Assembly (NCBI GenBank): GCA_964016885.1
Contig: OZ024741.1
Span: forward strand, 194,742,001 to 194,806,000
Direction of reading: 5' to 3'
Origin: Eledone cirrhosa
Taxonomy: Eukaryota
DNA: 64,000 nucleotides
The notes under the pieces are model-generated. The model did no database searches and had not been told where the DNA came from. It saw only the letters and a program-made list of their open reading frames with translations. Shown piece by piece: positions 26,148-37,434 of the stretch (positions within the stretch are counted from its first letter, which is position 1; every line of letters starts with the position of its first letter). A program made the translations under genes and the position numbers.

Positions 26148-29100
26148 TTACAGATATATACTCAGAGTAGGCCCATTCACTCGGGCCATTCTTGCTTCTC
26201 TCACCCATCTTTCAACAAAATGCTGGGAAGAGAGCACTTCCCTCTCTACCCTGATTTTCCTTTTCAAATGAAATTTGAAAAAGTTAATCAGGGCATCACC
26301 GAAGAGGTAAGTGCTCGTCTTCAGCCCTTTCAAACGTGTCCACCATACTATCTCTTTCGCCATGGCCACCAGACAGATAAAAACTGCCTGCCCTTCCCGG
26401 CTAAAGGAAGGGGGCGGGGCAATCCTCACGATGGACTCAGCTGATAGCTGGATCCGTCCTACACGTGACAGCAGGTGTTCGACATAAACCCACAAGTCAG
26501 CAATGCTCGGACACTGGACGAGTGCGTGCAGGACGGTTTCGTCGCCCTGCGCGCATCTCGGACATGCCCGGCTGACGGCACCTCCATGCCTGTAGAGTTT
26601 ATCCCGAACTGGCAAAGCTCCTCGGTAGCACTGCCAGGCCAGGGATTTCTGGAAGTTGTCCATAGGCCCCGGCCCGAAAGTCCTTCCGAAGAGATTGGCT
26701 AGTTGATTTTCGTCGACGCCTAGAGTTTCTCCAAGTACGTCGTCGCTCTTCCCCTCCACTAATCCCCTATAGAACGCCAAGGTGGAGTTTCCACCGATCA
26801 CATTGCCCGATTGGTCGAGGGCTGTGAGCGCCTGAAGACATTCCAGTCTCCAAGCGCTCCCTCTCGGTCTTCGCTTGACCCAGGACTGCAGCTCCGTCAA
26901 GGAGACGAGCTGGGGAAAAACGTGTCTCGCAAACGGCGACCACACCTGATCACCGTCGAGGAAGAGGTGGAGATGTCGTAGCCTGAGTGCGTGTCTGCGC
27001 ATCATCAGCCACGGCATGCCCAGCCCTCCACGTAGCGGGTGTTGACAGCAGATGGACCGCCTGACCATCGGAGCGCGTCCCTTCCACAAGAAGCGAAAGA
27101 GCAAACGCTCCAGCGCAGTCAGGCGGGGCTTAGGACAAGGTACGACGGTCAGGCGGTAGTAGATGACGGATGCGATGTACGCATTCGCCACCTCCGCTCG
27201 ACCTTTCAGGGATAGCTTCCTCTCGGCCCATTTCTGGGTGAGAGAAGCCACCCTGCTCGTCACCTCGTCCCAGTTTTTGTCCGTCTGGAGGTCTGGACCG
27301 AACCAGACCCCTAGCAATTTAACCGGTCCGTCCGTCCAGCGCTCGACGACGCTGTTGGACGGCATGGACCTGCCTCTCCAGGTGCCGAGTTGCAGGCCCA
27401 CTGACTTTTCCTGGTTGATCATTGCTCCTGTCACCGCTTCGTATTCTCTTAGTGTAGTGCCGATCGCCTCGATGTGTTTGGCGTTCGACACCACTACGGT
27501 GACATCGTCGGCATATGCTGACACGGATCTTCCGCATCCTAGTTCGCGCGGGACCCCCCTCAACGTCTCCAGTTTGTGCAGTAATAGGGACGAGAGGGGA
27601 CATCCTTGGCGGACCGAGCGCATGATGTTGAACGGTTCCGAAAGGTGACCGTTCACTCTCACTACAGAGCAGATGTCGCTGTGCATGGCAGCGATCCAGC
27701 CTCTGAAGACGGGCCCAAAGCCAGCCGCCCTCAGGACTGCCGCTAGGTAACGATGGTCGACCCTATCGAAGGCTTTCGACTGATCTAAATTGATCAAAGA
27801 CCCACCCGTGCCAGGTTCCTTAGCTACCCTCTCTACGATGTATCGCATGAGGTGGAGGTTGTCGTGGATAGATCTGTCGGGAATGGCGCATGTCTGTGCC
27901 TCTCCCACCAGACCACCAACGACAAGCGCCAACCTCTTTGCTAGCACCTTGGCCAAAATCTTGAACTCTGTGTTTAGCAGAGTTATGGGCCTAAAATTAT
28001 CTATGTTATCCCCCTTGTTCCGATCCTTTCTCAGCAGCGCCACCGCTCCTCGGCTCACAGAGCTGGGAATTCTCCCGTTCTGTTGCCAGTTGCAGTAGAC
28101 GTCCGCCAAGAGGCCTCCGAACAAGTTTGGCATTTGTACGTAAAGTTCATAGGGCAGACCATCCAAACCAGGCGATTTACCCCTTGTGCAACTAGTCATT
28201 GCATCCCGTACTTCAGCGGTTGTTATCGGCTTTTCGCAACACTCCGCCTCAGTGGCCGAAAGCCGCGGCAGTCCGTCGAGGTAGACACTAAAGTCCATCC
28301 CTCGATCCGGCCCGCCACTGCCCCCGAACAGTTGAGCGAAGTGTCGCTGAAAAGCTTCACACATTTGCCCGGGATCGAGTAGCATGCGCCCGTCGTGGTC
28401 CACCAAAGACCGGATCGTGGCTTTGTTGCCACGACGCGCCTCCGCCACTCGGGCCCATTGAACGGCTTTCGTCCCCTCGTGTCTGAGAGCACGCACCCTA
28501 GCTCTGACAACGCAGCCTTCGTGCTTTGCATTGAAGAATTGGTCAAGGGCCAATTTCGCCGCAAGTACGTCGGTCGCGATGCCTTTGCTAAGCGCCTCAT
28601 CTAATTTTCTAACTAATTCTCCCTCTGCTCTATTTTTCTCTATTGCTAAAGTCTTACTAAACCTAATGGACTCTATTCTAATTGCTCTTTTCAGAGCAAA
28701 CCACCACTTGTTGTTGACGATGGCCCCCGTCAACGCCCGCTTAACTAGTTCGCTAATCCGGTCTCTGTAGGCCTTGCGCGCTGGTAAGGACGCGTTTAGC
28801 TTCCAGTAGCCGGGTCCTTGTCTATGAAGCCTATCTAAGTCAAGCACACAGATCACGAATTTGTGGTCCGTGTAGCTGACTATCTTGAATTGTGGACAGC
28901 CTATGCTAGACCTATCTATTTCCCTACAAAATACTCTATCTAGATATGATCTGGATGACCCTATGCGATTTGTCCAAGTCCACATTGGTACATTCGGGAA
29001 ATCCATTCGGTACCTGTCAGACAGTTCAAAACGTCTGAGCAGGTTGGTGAGACTCTTGCACCCTCCTTCCCTATCCACTAATCCCACACAATCCCAGCGT

Positions 29101-29543
29101 GCATCTAAGATCCCGTTCCAGTCGCCCACTAACACTAAAGAGCGGGACGTTCCAAGAAAGGTCTCCAGACGCCGGAAGAAATCAGGCCGCCCTGCTCCTG
29201 TCGGGGCATAGACGGCCACTAACCTGAAAGCTTGCTCGTCTCCGCTGGTCACGTCCAGCACCACCAACTTACCTTCTGGGTCCAGGAAGATGGCCCGTAT
29301 GGCAAGATCCAAACCTCTCCGAAAAAGCACAGCAACTCCTCCCCCCGATCCCGGACGGCTGGGAGATGCGTACACATCGTAGCCGCTGAAGATCGGTGCG
29401 AAAGCCTGTGCTTCGGAGATTCTGGTCTCGCTGATGGCCACTACATCTATGTTTAGTGACCTGAGGTCGTTGAGCAGGTGGCCCTGCTTCCATGACGACC
29501 CCAAGCCACGCGCATTTATGCTGCCTATTCTGAGTGAGGTCAT
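26148..29543 (-). CDS. LINE ORF2: APE endonuclease, reverse transcriptase and C-terminal zinc finger (1131 aa)
   Basis: SINARG, SETR, GDWN, YLDRVF, TDH; SPGLDG, FRPITLLN, DQSKAFD, RQGCPLS, YADD; CPRC..H..C. Confidence 0.92.
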   Translation of the reverse strand: MTSLRIGSINARGLGSSWKQGHLLNDLRSLNIDVVAISETRISEAQAFAPIFSGYDVYASPSRPGSGGGVAVLFRRGLDLAIRAIFLDPEGKLVVLDVTSGDEQAFRLVAVYAPTGAGRPDFFRRLETFLGTSRSLVLVGDWNGILDARWDCVGLVDREGGCKSLTNLLRRFELSDRYRMDFPNVPMWTWTNRIGSSRSYLDRVFCREIDRSSIGCPQFKIVSYTDHKFVICVLDLDRLHRQGPGYWKLNASLPARKAYRDRISELVKRALTGAIVNNKWWFALKRAIRIESIRFSKTLAIEKNRAEGELVRKLDEALSKGIATDVLAAKLALDQFFNAKHEGCVVRARVRALRHEGTKAVQWARVAEARRGNKATIRSLVDHDGRMLLDPGQMCEAFQRHFAQLFGGSGGPDRGMDFSVYLDGLPRLSATEAECCEKPITTAEVRDAMTSCTRGKSPGLDGLPYELYVQMPNLFGGLLADVYCNWQQNGRIPSSVSRGAVALLRKDRNKGDNIDNFRPITLLNTEFKILAKVLAKRLALVVGGLVGEAQTCAIPDRSIHDNLHLMRYIVERVAKEPGTGGSLINLDQSKAFDRVDHRYLAAVLRAAGFGPVFRGWIAAMHSDICSVVRVNGHLSEPFNIMRSVRQGCPLSSLLLHKLETLRGVPRELGCGRSVSAYADDVTVVVSNAKHIEAIGTTLREYEAVTGAMINQEKSVGLQLGTWRGRSMPSNSVVERWTDGPVKLLGVWFGPDLQTDKNWDEVTSRVASLTQKWAERKLSLKGRAEVANAYIASVIYYRLTVVPCPKPRLTALERLLFRFLWKGRAPMVRRSICCQHPLRGGLGMPWLMMRRHALRLRHLHLFLDGDQVWSPFARHVFPQLVSLTELQSWVKRRPRGSAWRLECLQALTALDQSGNVIGGNSTLAFYRGLVEGKSDDVLGETLGVDENQLANLFGRTFGPGPMDNFQKSLAWQCYRGALPVRDKLYRHGGAVSRACPRCAQGDETVLHALVQCPSIADLWVYVEHLLSRVGRIQLSAESIVRIAPPPSFSREGQAVFICLVAMAKEIVWWTRLKGLKTSTYLFGDALINFFKFHLKRKIRVEREVLSSQHFVERWVREARMARVNGPTLSIYL

Positions 29544-29577
29544 GTTGAAAAGGAGTGGAAAAGATGGGAAAGACCAC

Positions 29578-31303
29578 TTACCTTACTTCTCGTAGGGGAA
29601 GGACGGCTTTTCCATCCTTTTCACTGCTTGTGGCCTCCTCAGGAAGGATGTCCTTATAAATCCTCCTGGAGAGTGCTTGTCGGAAGTCTCCGATGTCTTT
29701 GGGGAATTTTTGTTTTAGTGTCATGTACGTTTTCTGTGTGATGCGAGTGATTTGTATGTGTGGAGGTGGTGTGAATTTTGGGGTTGTTGTGTAGTCTTTT
29801 TCTGTGATGCTGGTGTTGTGTTGGATGTAGTGTAATAAATGCTTGTTGTTCAAATTTAATGCTGTGTAGTGTGTATCGTTTTGGTTGTTTTGTTTTGTTT
29901 GCGTTTGTTGTGGGTTTGTTTCTGTTTCGCATTTTGGTGACTTTTGTGGTGTAGGTGATGGTGGTGTTAGAGTTAATGATGGTGATGGTGTTGGTGTTTG
30001 GGTTGATGGGGTTGGTGATGCTGGTGTGGATGGTTGCATATCTGTCCTAACTTTTTTGTTTCTTAGTTTATTTGTTTCCCTCTGTATTTTGTTTTTGGAG
30101 GGGGAAGGAAGAGAATTTTTTCTTTTTTGGTTTTTTTTTTTTTTCCGGATATCGTTTCCCACTCCTCGTCGTCACAATCTGTCTCCAGTTGTGATAGGCC
30201 GGGGAGTGGAAAATCCTCCACAGCCGTTAGTTTTGGTTGTGGTGTGGTGGATGGTGTAGGCGCTGGTGCTAGTTCTGAAGCGTTGGGTGGTGGTGGTGTT
30301 GGTTTTGCTGGTGGTGGTAGTGGTGTTGGTTTTGCTACTGTTGCTGGGGTTGTTGCTGTTATAGTTGCTTCTGTTGTTGCTGCTACAGTTGTTGCTGCCA
30401 TCTCTGCTACTGGTGGTGTTGATGGTTGTGTCACTGGGGTGGGTAGGAGAGGTGGCCTCAACCTTTTAGCCTGAGGGCAGAAAGCCCTTAGGTGGGTTCC
30501 TTCACCACAAACGACACACCTAGGTCTTCTGCCCTCGACAATTACCGTGAGGTGGCTGCCGTCAGTGAGGTCTATTACCTCTGGGATCTCCTCAATGCTT
30601 TTTTGGTCCGCTTGGATCAGGAGCTCCATCCCAGATCCGGACCAGTTTTCCTGCTTTTCTTTTGCTACTGCTATTATTTTCGTGTTGGCTTCGATGCCGG
30701 CGAGGACAGCCGCTATTAGCCAGGGAATTTCGATGGCCGGTGGAACGTGAGGGTGGGGGGGGGTGAGGGGGTGGGGGGGGGGGGGGGGGTGAGGCTGACC
30801 CTGTACCCTTTACCATTTGTTTGGCATTTTCTAAATCTTCTTGAGTTACGGTAAATGCTTCGAATTGTTTTGCTACTCTGGCGAAACTGAGGGGGGGGGT
30901 TTATAATGTCATTGTTGTTGTTGTTGCTATCGTTAATATTAATTTTATTTTCAGTTGTGGTGGTGGTGACGTCAGTCGTCTTTGGTGGGGAAGAGTCCAT
31001 TTTGCTTGATTTCATTTCGACATCACGAGTTAATTTATTTTTTTCTTCTTTTGTTTCTGTTGTCGCGGTGGTGGTGGTGGTGGTGGTTGTCGCGGTAGTG
31101 GTGGTGGTGGAGGCTTTAACACCTGCAGTCATTGGTAATGGCGGGAAATGAATGTCTGCCTGAGACAAATTTAAAATATTGCTACTGCTTATATTTTTTT
31201 TTGTGTTGGCAAACGTAGTAACATTTACAATGGTGGTGTCGGTGTGAGGTGTTATTTTGTGAGGAAGGCTTTCAGCTGCTTCGTGCAGAGGTGAAGTAGC
31301 CAT
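29578..31303 (-). pseudogene. LINE ORF1 (gag-like, CCHC knuckle), frameshifted and deleted
   Basis: EGRRPRCVVCGEGTHLRAFC; Pro/Thr-rich; breaks at the G-run near 30770 and a T-run near 30135. Confidence 0.75.
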
Positions 31304-31513
31304 TTTTTTTTCAAAGAAATTTTTTGATAATAATAAAAGTTAAAATTTTGGGCACAAGGCCCTAATCTTTTTAGGTGTCCTTTTCGGAAAACAATGTATG
31401 TGTGCTTATAAACAGTTAACAATAAAATTTTCCATAAATGGCAATTTTTAAACAAACGGAAATAACAAACCTTTGCGGAGCTCACGATAATACGATTTCC
31501 TACGTAGGTCGCC

Positions 31514-31544
<31 letters not shown>

Positions 31545-31546
<2 letters not shown>

Positions 31547-31729
31547 TGTTTCTACTTTTGGCACAAGGCCAGCAATTACCCAGTGTATTACTGGTACTTT
31601 GTTTTATCGACTCCCGTAAGGATGAAAGGCAAAGTTAACCTCGGCGGGATTTGAACTCAGAATGGCAAGGGCCGTAACTATGCGTCAAAGTATGGCGTCC
31701 GACCCTCTACCGATACTGCCAATCCACCG
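31545..31729 (-). mobile_element. SINE family B in (TAA)n
   Basis: Reverse complement of the 3701 copy. Confidence 0.9.
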
Positions 31730-31753
31730 TAATAATAATAATAATAATAATTA

Positions 31754-33733
31754 TCCTTTTGAATAGAGAAAACAAATCACTGGAAGCTGGAGAAGTTAAT
31801 ATTAATTGTTGAATTTTTCAGGGTGACTCTTTATCACCGCTTTTATTCTGCATCGCACTTATACCATTAAGTAAAATGCTCAATGAAACAAAACATGGAT
31901 ATAAAGTCTATGACAAAACCATTAATCACTTGTTCTACATGGATAACCTGAAACTATTTGCAAAAAAGGATGAACAATCGCAAGGGCTATTATCCACTGT
32001 GAAGCAGTTCAGTGATGACATTAAAATGGAGTTTGGACTAGATAAATGCGCAAAAGCAACGTTCACCAGAGGAAAGCTACTGAAAAGTTCAGACATTAAT
32101 CTTTATCAGGGGAATGTGATCAGAGAACTTGATCAAGAGGAAACTTACAAATATCTAGGTGTTTGTGAAGGAGACGGAATCAAGCACTCGACAATGAGGA
32201 AAAGGATAAGGAAGGAATGTTACCGCAGAGTAAGAGCAATCGTAAGAACGGAATTGAATGCAAGGAATAGGATCGATGCCATAAACACGCTTGCCATACC
32301 AGTAGTAACCTACAGTTACAATGTCATCAACTGGTCAAGCACAGAGATCCGTAGGCTCGATACAAAAATTAGAAAATTCTTAACCATGCACAGAATGCAT
32401 CACCCTAAGGCAGATACAGATAGAATATATCTCCCTAGGAAATAAGGAGGACGTGGGTTAATCCAGTTAGAGATTGCGTTGAAAACTTCAACAATTGGAT
32501 TATCTACATATTTGAGGGAATCACATGATTGGATGATCAAACTCGTTTTAAAACATCAAAACATCAAAACATCAAAACATCAAAACATCAAAAGATCATA
32601 CTCCATTACGAAAGATGCACAAAGATACAGTAATGGACTACAAATCTCAGAAGTTCCATTTACTGAAAAACACATCAGAAGATCATACTCCATTACGAAA
32701 GATGCACAAAGATACAGTAATGGACTACAAATCTCAGAAGTTCCATTTACTGAAAAACACAGAAAAAGCAAAGCAGGTAAAAGTAACTGCAAAGAAAGAA
32801 CTGCTACAGAAACTGGCTAAGAAATGGCAAGAAAAGCCTCTGTATGGAAAATACCCAGAAAGAGCTAACAATCCTGATGTTGACAAAACTTTAACCCATC
32901 AGTGGTTGGCATCCTCTGGACTGAAATCGGAGACTGAAGGACTGATTATATCAGCACAAGATCAGTGTCTGACAACAAAAAATTACTAAGCCAACATAAT
33001 AAAAAATGGATGCAACTCATTATGCCGTGTATGTAAAAAACAACCAGAGACCATTGATCATATAATTTCAATGTGCAGTCCTATAGCTCCAACCGAATAC
33101 CTAAACAGGCATGACAGAGCTGCACAATACATACATTGGATAATGTGTAAGCATTTTGACCTGCCCCATCAAAAGAATTGGTGGGAGCATCAACCACCTC
33201 CCATACTTGAAAAAGATCACATCTCAATCTTGTGGAACTTTAGCATACAAACAGACCGAAAAATAGATGCAAATAGACCAGATATAATACTGAAGGACTT
33301 TAAAAAGAGGGTATGCCTGCTAATTGATATGTCCGTTCCAATAGACAAGAATGTATCTATAAAAACATTTGAAAAATTGAGCAAGTATAAGGACCTGGAG
33401 ATAGAAATTGGAAAAATGTGGAAATTGAGAACTAAAACAATACCAGTGGTTGTAGGCGCTCTAGGAATGATACATTAGGGGTCTAAAGATTACATATCGC
33501 AAATCCCAGGAAACCCGCGTATAGGAGAAATACAAAAGATAGTACTAATGGGAACTGCCCATATACTAAGGAATATTCTGTCAATATAAGTATATCACAA
33601 GTCTAAACACCCAAAGATGCATGTGTGAGTATGTATGTTCTTTCTTGAACATGGCGGATCTTGTTGTCTCTTGAGGTCACTGGTTGTGACTTAGTGATAA
33701 CTCATATGAACATAAAGCAAGATAAATGCCACT

Positions 33734-33735
<2 letters not shown>
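31754..33735 (+). mobile_element. 5'-truncated R4/Dong-clade RLE retrotransposon (pseudogenised)
   Basis: FQGDSLSPL, HLFYMDNLKL, FGLDKCA, YKYLG, GGRGL, CxxC-ETIDH-C, RHD, RPDI, KYKDL, PVVVGALG; stops and frameshifts; 87-bp internal duplication at 32594-32762; (TAA)n on both sides. Confidence 0.85.
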
Positions 33736-33797
<62 letters not shown>

Positions 33798-33807
33798 TAA
33801 TAATAAT

Positions 33808-34592
33808 CCACAGACATGGAACTGGTTGAAAAGGGGAGACCTTAAAAAGGCTACAGAAGGAATTCTAATGGCTGCACAAGAGCAGGCCCCCAAAACGAAG
33901 TGGCTGAAACACCATATTTACAAGGAGGAGGCTAGCCCACTGTGTAGGATCTGTGGAAAGAGAGAGGAGACTGTGGCTCACATTGTATCCGAGTGTAAAC
34001 ACCTAGCCCAGACTCACTATAAAGGCTGGAGACATGATGTGATGGGCAGGGTGATCCACTGGCACCTATGCAAAGTAAACAATTTACCACATTCTGAGAA
34101 GTGGTATGAGCATAAGCCAGAGTCGGTGATAGAAAACGATCAGGTGAAGGTGCTATGGGATTTTAGGATACAGACGGACAAGAAACTGGAACACAATAGA
34201 CCTGACCTGGTGGTTTTGGACAAGGAAAAAAGATCGTGCCTGATTGTGGATGTAGCCTGCCCATTCGACACAAGAGTGCAAAAGAAGGAGAGGGAGAAAA
34301 TTAACCGATACCAGGACTTAAAGTGGGAGGTAAAAAGGATTTGGAACTGCCATGAAGTGAAAGTGGTCCCGATTGTCATAGGCGCACTAGATACTATCTC
34401 AAAGAGTTTCGAAGGATGGTTAAAGAAAATTGGTCCCGCCCCGCTTTTTGGAACACTTCAAAAGGCATGCTTGCTGGAAACAGCAAGAACCCTCCGATAC
34501 GTCCTGAATATCTGAGGCTGCAGGTAGTGGCTTGATATTTATTTCAACAAACTTTCCAGTTAAATAACATCAATGACTGAGACTCAAAGAAC
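33808..34592 (+). mobile_element. Second R4/Dong-clade element, 3' fragment (zinc knuckle plus RLE, open frame to 34515)
   Basis: ATEGILMAAQEQ, CRIC..ETVAHIVSEC, RHD, NRPDLVV, RYQDL, PIVIGAL; flanked by (TAA)n. Confidence 0.85.
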
Positions 34593-34634
34593 AATAATAA
34601 TAACAATAATAATAATAATAATAAGAAAAAGAAC

Positions 34635-35117
34635 ATGAAGACCCACATCACCAACAGCCCTAAGAGCAACACCCCACCAGGGTGCTCTTGCCGTAAGCCC
34701 GAAGCTTGTCCCCTTCAACAGCAATGCAACACACCCGCTGTAGTTTATGAAGCTGTAGTCACTTCCAACCGACCAAATCAACCACAGGAGATCAAATCCT
34801 ATGTGGGTATGGTGGAGGGCCGATTTAAGGAACGCTTCCTGAACCACCAATCGGACAGACGTTCATCCGCGAAACTCGCGAGCCACGTATGGTCCCTCAA
34901 GGACTCGAGTATAGACTACTCCATTCAATGGAAAGCCATCACTAAGCCCGAGCCATACGCAAGGGGCAATCCGTCGTGTGGACTATGTATTGATGAACGA
35001 ATAAATATTCTAAAGAGATTACGCAATAGTGATTGCCTAAATACGAGAAATGAATTCTTCACACGTTGTCCACACGTCTGGAAACACCTCTTACATAACT
35101 ACAAAGCTCCGGATTGA
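34635..35117 (+). CDS. Stand-alone Naiad-type GIY-YIG endonuclease ORF (5'-truncated PLE fragment), 160 aa
   Basis: CSCRxxxxCPL, VVY..YVG, FKERFLNH, CGLC, LNTRNE, CPH. Confidence 0.7.
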   Translation: MKTHITNSPKSNTPPGCSCRKPEACPLQQQCNTPAVVYEAVVTSNRPNQPQEIKSYVGMVEGRFKERFLNHQSDRRSSAKLASHVWSLKDSSIDYSIQWKAITKPEPYARGNPSCGLCIDERINILKRLRNSDCLNTRNEFFTRCPHVWKHLLHNYKAPD

Positions 35118-35227
35118 ATTACAACAACATCCTAATTTTCTTATCAACCAATGACTGAGACTCAAAGAATAATAATAATAATAATAATAGTAATAAACGG
35201 AAAATATATCATTATGGCATCATATTT

Positions 35228-35436
35228 ATTTCATTATATATATTTCAAGCATAGTTACGTCCCTTTACAGTCTGAGTTCAAATCCCACCGAGGTTAACTT
35301 TGCCTTTCCTCCTTACGGGGTCGATAAAATAAAGTACCAGTAATGTACTGGTTAATTGCTGGCCTTGTGCCTAAAGTAGAAACAATTATATATATTTCAA
35401 GGATACTAATTTATAGCATGCTTTCATCAGATAAAA
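35228..35436 (-). ncRNA. Type I hammerhead interrupted by a SINE
   Basis: Removing the SINE and one TSD gives ttttat CTGATGA aag...ctt GAAA tatata TA atgaaa. Confidence 0.7.
35250..35388 (+). mobile_element. 5'-truncated SINE family B with TSD of about 17 bp
   Basis: TSD attatatatatttcaag at about 35233 and 35385. Confidence 0.85.
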
Positions 35437-35699
35437 TACAATACTTGATGTATAAGATGTATAAGTGTATAAGTGACATACCCCCAAAAATGGACATCAC
35501 ACGGTTAACTTAAAATGCCCATTGATTGTATATGTTATGGCGTATATATTATATATTCTGGTACATATGCTTTTGGTTATGTGTATACGTGAGTTTTGCG
35601 TCTGTGTGAGTATGCGGGTTCGTACGTATGTAGGGTGTGTGTATATGTGTACTTTGTGTTTTGGTTGACGTACGTCTCCGAACATATATGTATTTACAT

Positions 35700-36451
35700 G
35701 TAGGTATGTGTGTGCGCTTGTTATATACGTATTTATTTATTTATATACGTTTATTTAATTATATGTATACACGCACACACACATATATATTTTTTAAAAT
35801 ATATATTTTTATGTGTATTTGGTGTATACATTCGTATGCGTGCGGGTACAGGCGTTGCGTGGGTTCTGTATGTGCGTGCGGGTTTTTTTTTTTTCATGTG
35901 TGTACGTGCGTGTATTTGTATACCTATGGCGAGTATTTTCGCGTATGCTTGTGTATGTACGTATATGGATGCGTGTATGTATTTATTTAATTTCAATTAC
36001 CTCTGTATTTCATTTACTTTATTCTTAACTCTGAAGCCGAGAATCATTCGGTTTCCTAGTTAGAATTTTAGTTATACCATTTACGTGGTTTTGTCTTTGC
36101 GTGCAATTGTTCTCACCTCTCCACATATGACGTACTATCTTTGTTTTTCCGTTCATTGCCAGAGAACGTCTATAGAATATTAGTCTACGACTTCTTTTAT
36201 ACCATAAACGTGGTTTTGTCTTTGCGTGTAATTGTTTTTCACTGCTCCAAATAATGACGTATTATATTCGTTTTTTTCCCGTTCTTTGCCAGGGAACGTT
36301 TCCACGAACCAAAGTATCGTCTTGCTGTCTTCCTCCGGTTGCAACGTTTTTTGAAATATTTACTTCTGCGTTCACAGATTGACTTTGTTAGTTTCAGAAG
36401 ATCCCGTTAAGGGCGAAAGCAGCGATTCTTTGCTTAAACTTTAATCTTTTA

Positions 36452-36460
<9 letters not shown>
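35700..36460 (+). mobile_element. Non-coding repeat (pLTR/retrozyme-like) ending in a variant hammerhead plus (TA)n
   Basis: Homologous to 53570-54265; HHR-like fold at 36390-36440. Confidence 0.7.
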
Positions 36461-36482
<22 letters not shown>

Positions 36483-36483
<1 letters not shown>

Positions 36484-36685
36484 AGTTTTAATATAGATGA
36501 GATTCTACAGGACTAGAACTGTTTCATTCTTTAGAAATCATCAGGAATCTGATGATTCCTGATGATTTCTAAAGAATGAAACAGTTCTAGTCCTGTAGAT
36601 TCTCATCTATATTAAAACTTTTATACTCTGCAATGTATTGAGTACCTTACTTACTGTGGTTACCTCCGATTCAACCCGGAATAAC

Positions 36686-36688
<3 letters not shown>
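36483..36688. mobile_element. Miniature fold-back PLE terminus: 67-bp inverted repeat with a hammerhead in each arm
   Basis: Arms 36483-36549 and 36554-36620 (1 mismatch); gattc CTGATGA..GAAA cag..ctg TA gaatc; (TA)n flanks. Confidence 0.8.
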
Positions 36689-36749
<61 letters not shown>

Positions 36750-37434
36750 AATGAGTTATATGCTTTGTTGATAAGTATTCAACAAAGTTATGTTCATAAC
36801 AGATATGCAATGCTCAGACAAATCACAGAAGCGACAAACATAAACGAACTCCAATCAATATTAAACAGAAAACGTGAGTAGAATAGCAACATCACAACTA
36901 GCAATTCAGGACAACATGAAGACACACAAAAAAAACCAAACTAACAAAACAAATCAAACACACACATAGAACAAACAACCAACTAGTGACAAATAAATAA
37001 ACACATAAATAAATAAATAAACACACACACACACACACACACACCCGATGTAACGCATGCGCAAACTAAGCACACAACACACAACACACAAAAACAAGAT
37101 GGTGTAGGACAGAACTAAGGAGAGACACAAAGTAAAAACCCAGTCACTGAGAAGTCACAGTGTGTGACGAAAGAGCTTTGACAATATATAAACAGCCATC
37201 CGGTCATTGAACCAACCAACCAGAAACTTATAACAAATTGAAGTGAAAACCAACAGGTGCATGTTTTTATTGGCACCTTGAGCAAAGTATAACAATATAT
37301 ATATGTATATATATATATATGTATATATATATATGTGTATGTGTGTGTGTGAGATAGATAGAGGGAGAGAAAGAGGGAAAGGAAGAGAAAAGAAGAAAAT
37401 GGTGGGAATATTTATATGTGATTCTGTTAATTTA

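Larger units (their letters stand above)
25897..31513 (-). mobile_element. L1/Tx1-clade LINE, near full length, inserted in (TAA)n
   Basis: 5' UTR, broken ORF1, open ORF2 and 3' UTR; (AAT)n on both flanks. Confidence 0.9.

Noticed and set aside
26475-29577. Many short ORFs overlapping the Tx1 ORF2
   Set aside because: Shadow frames of GC-rich coding DNA
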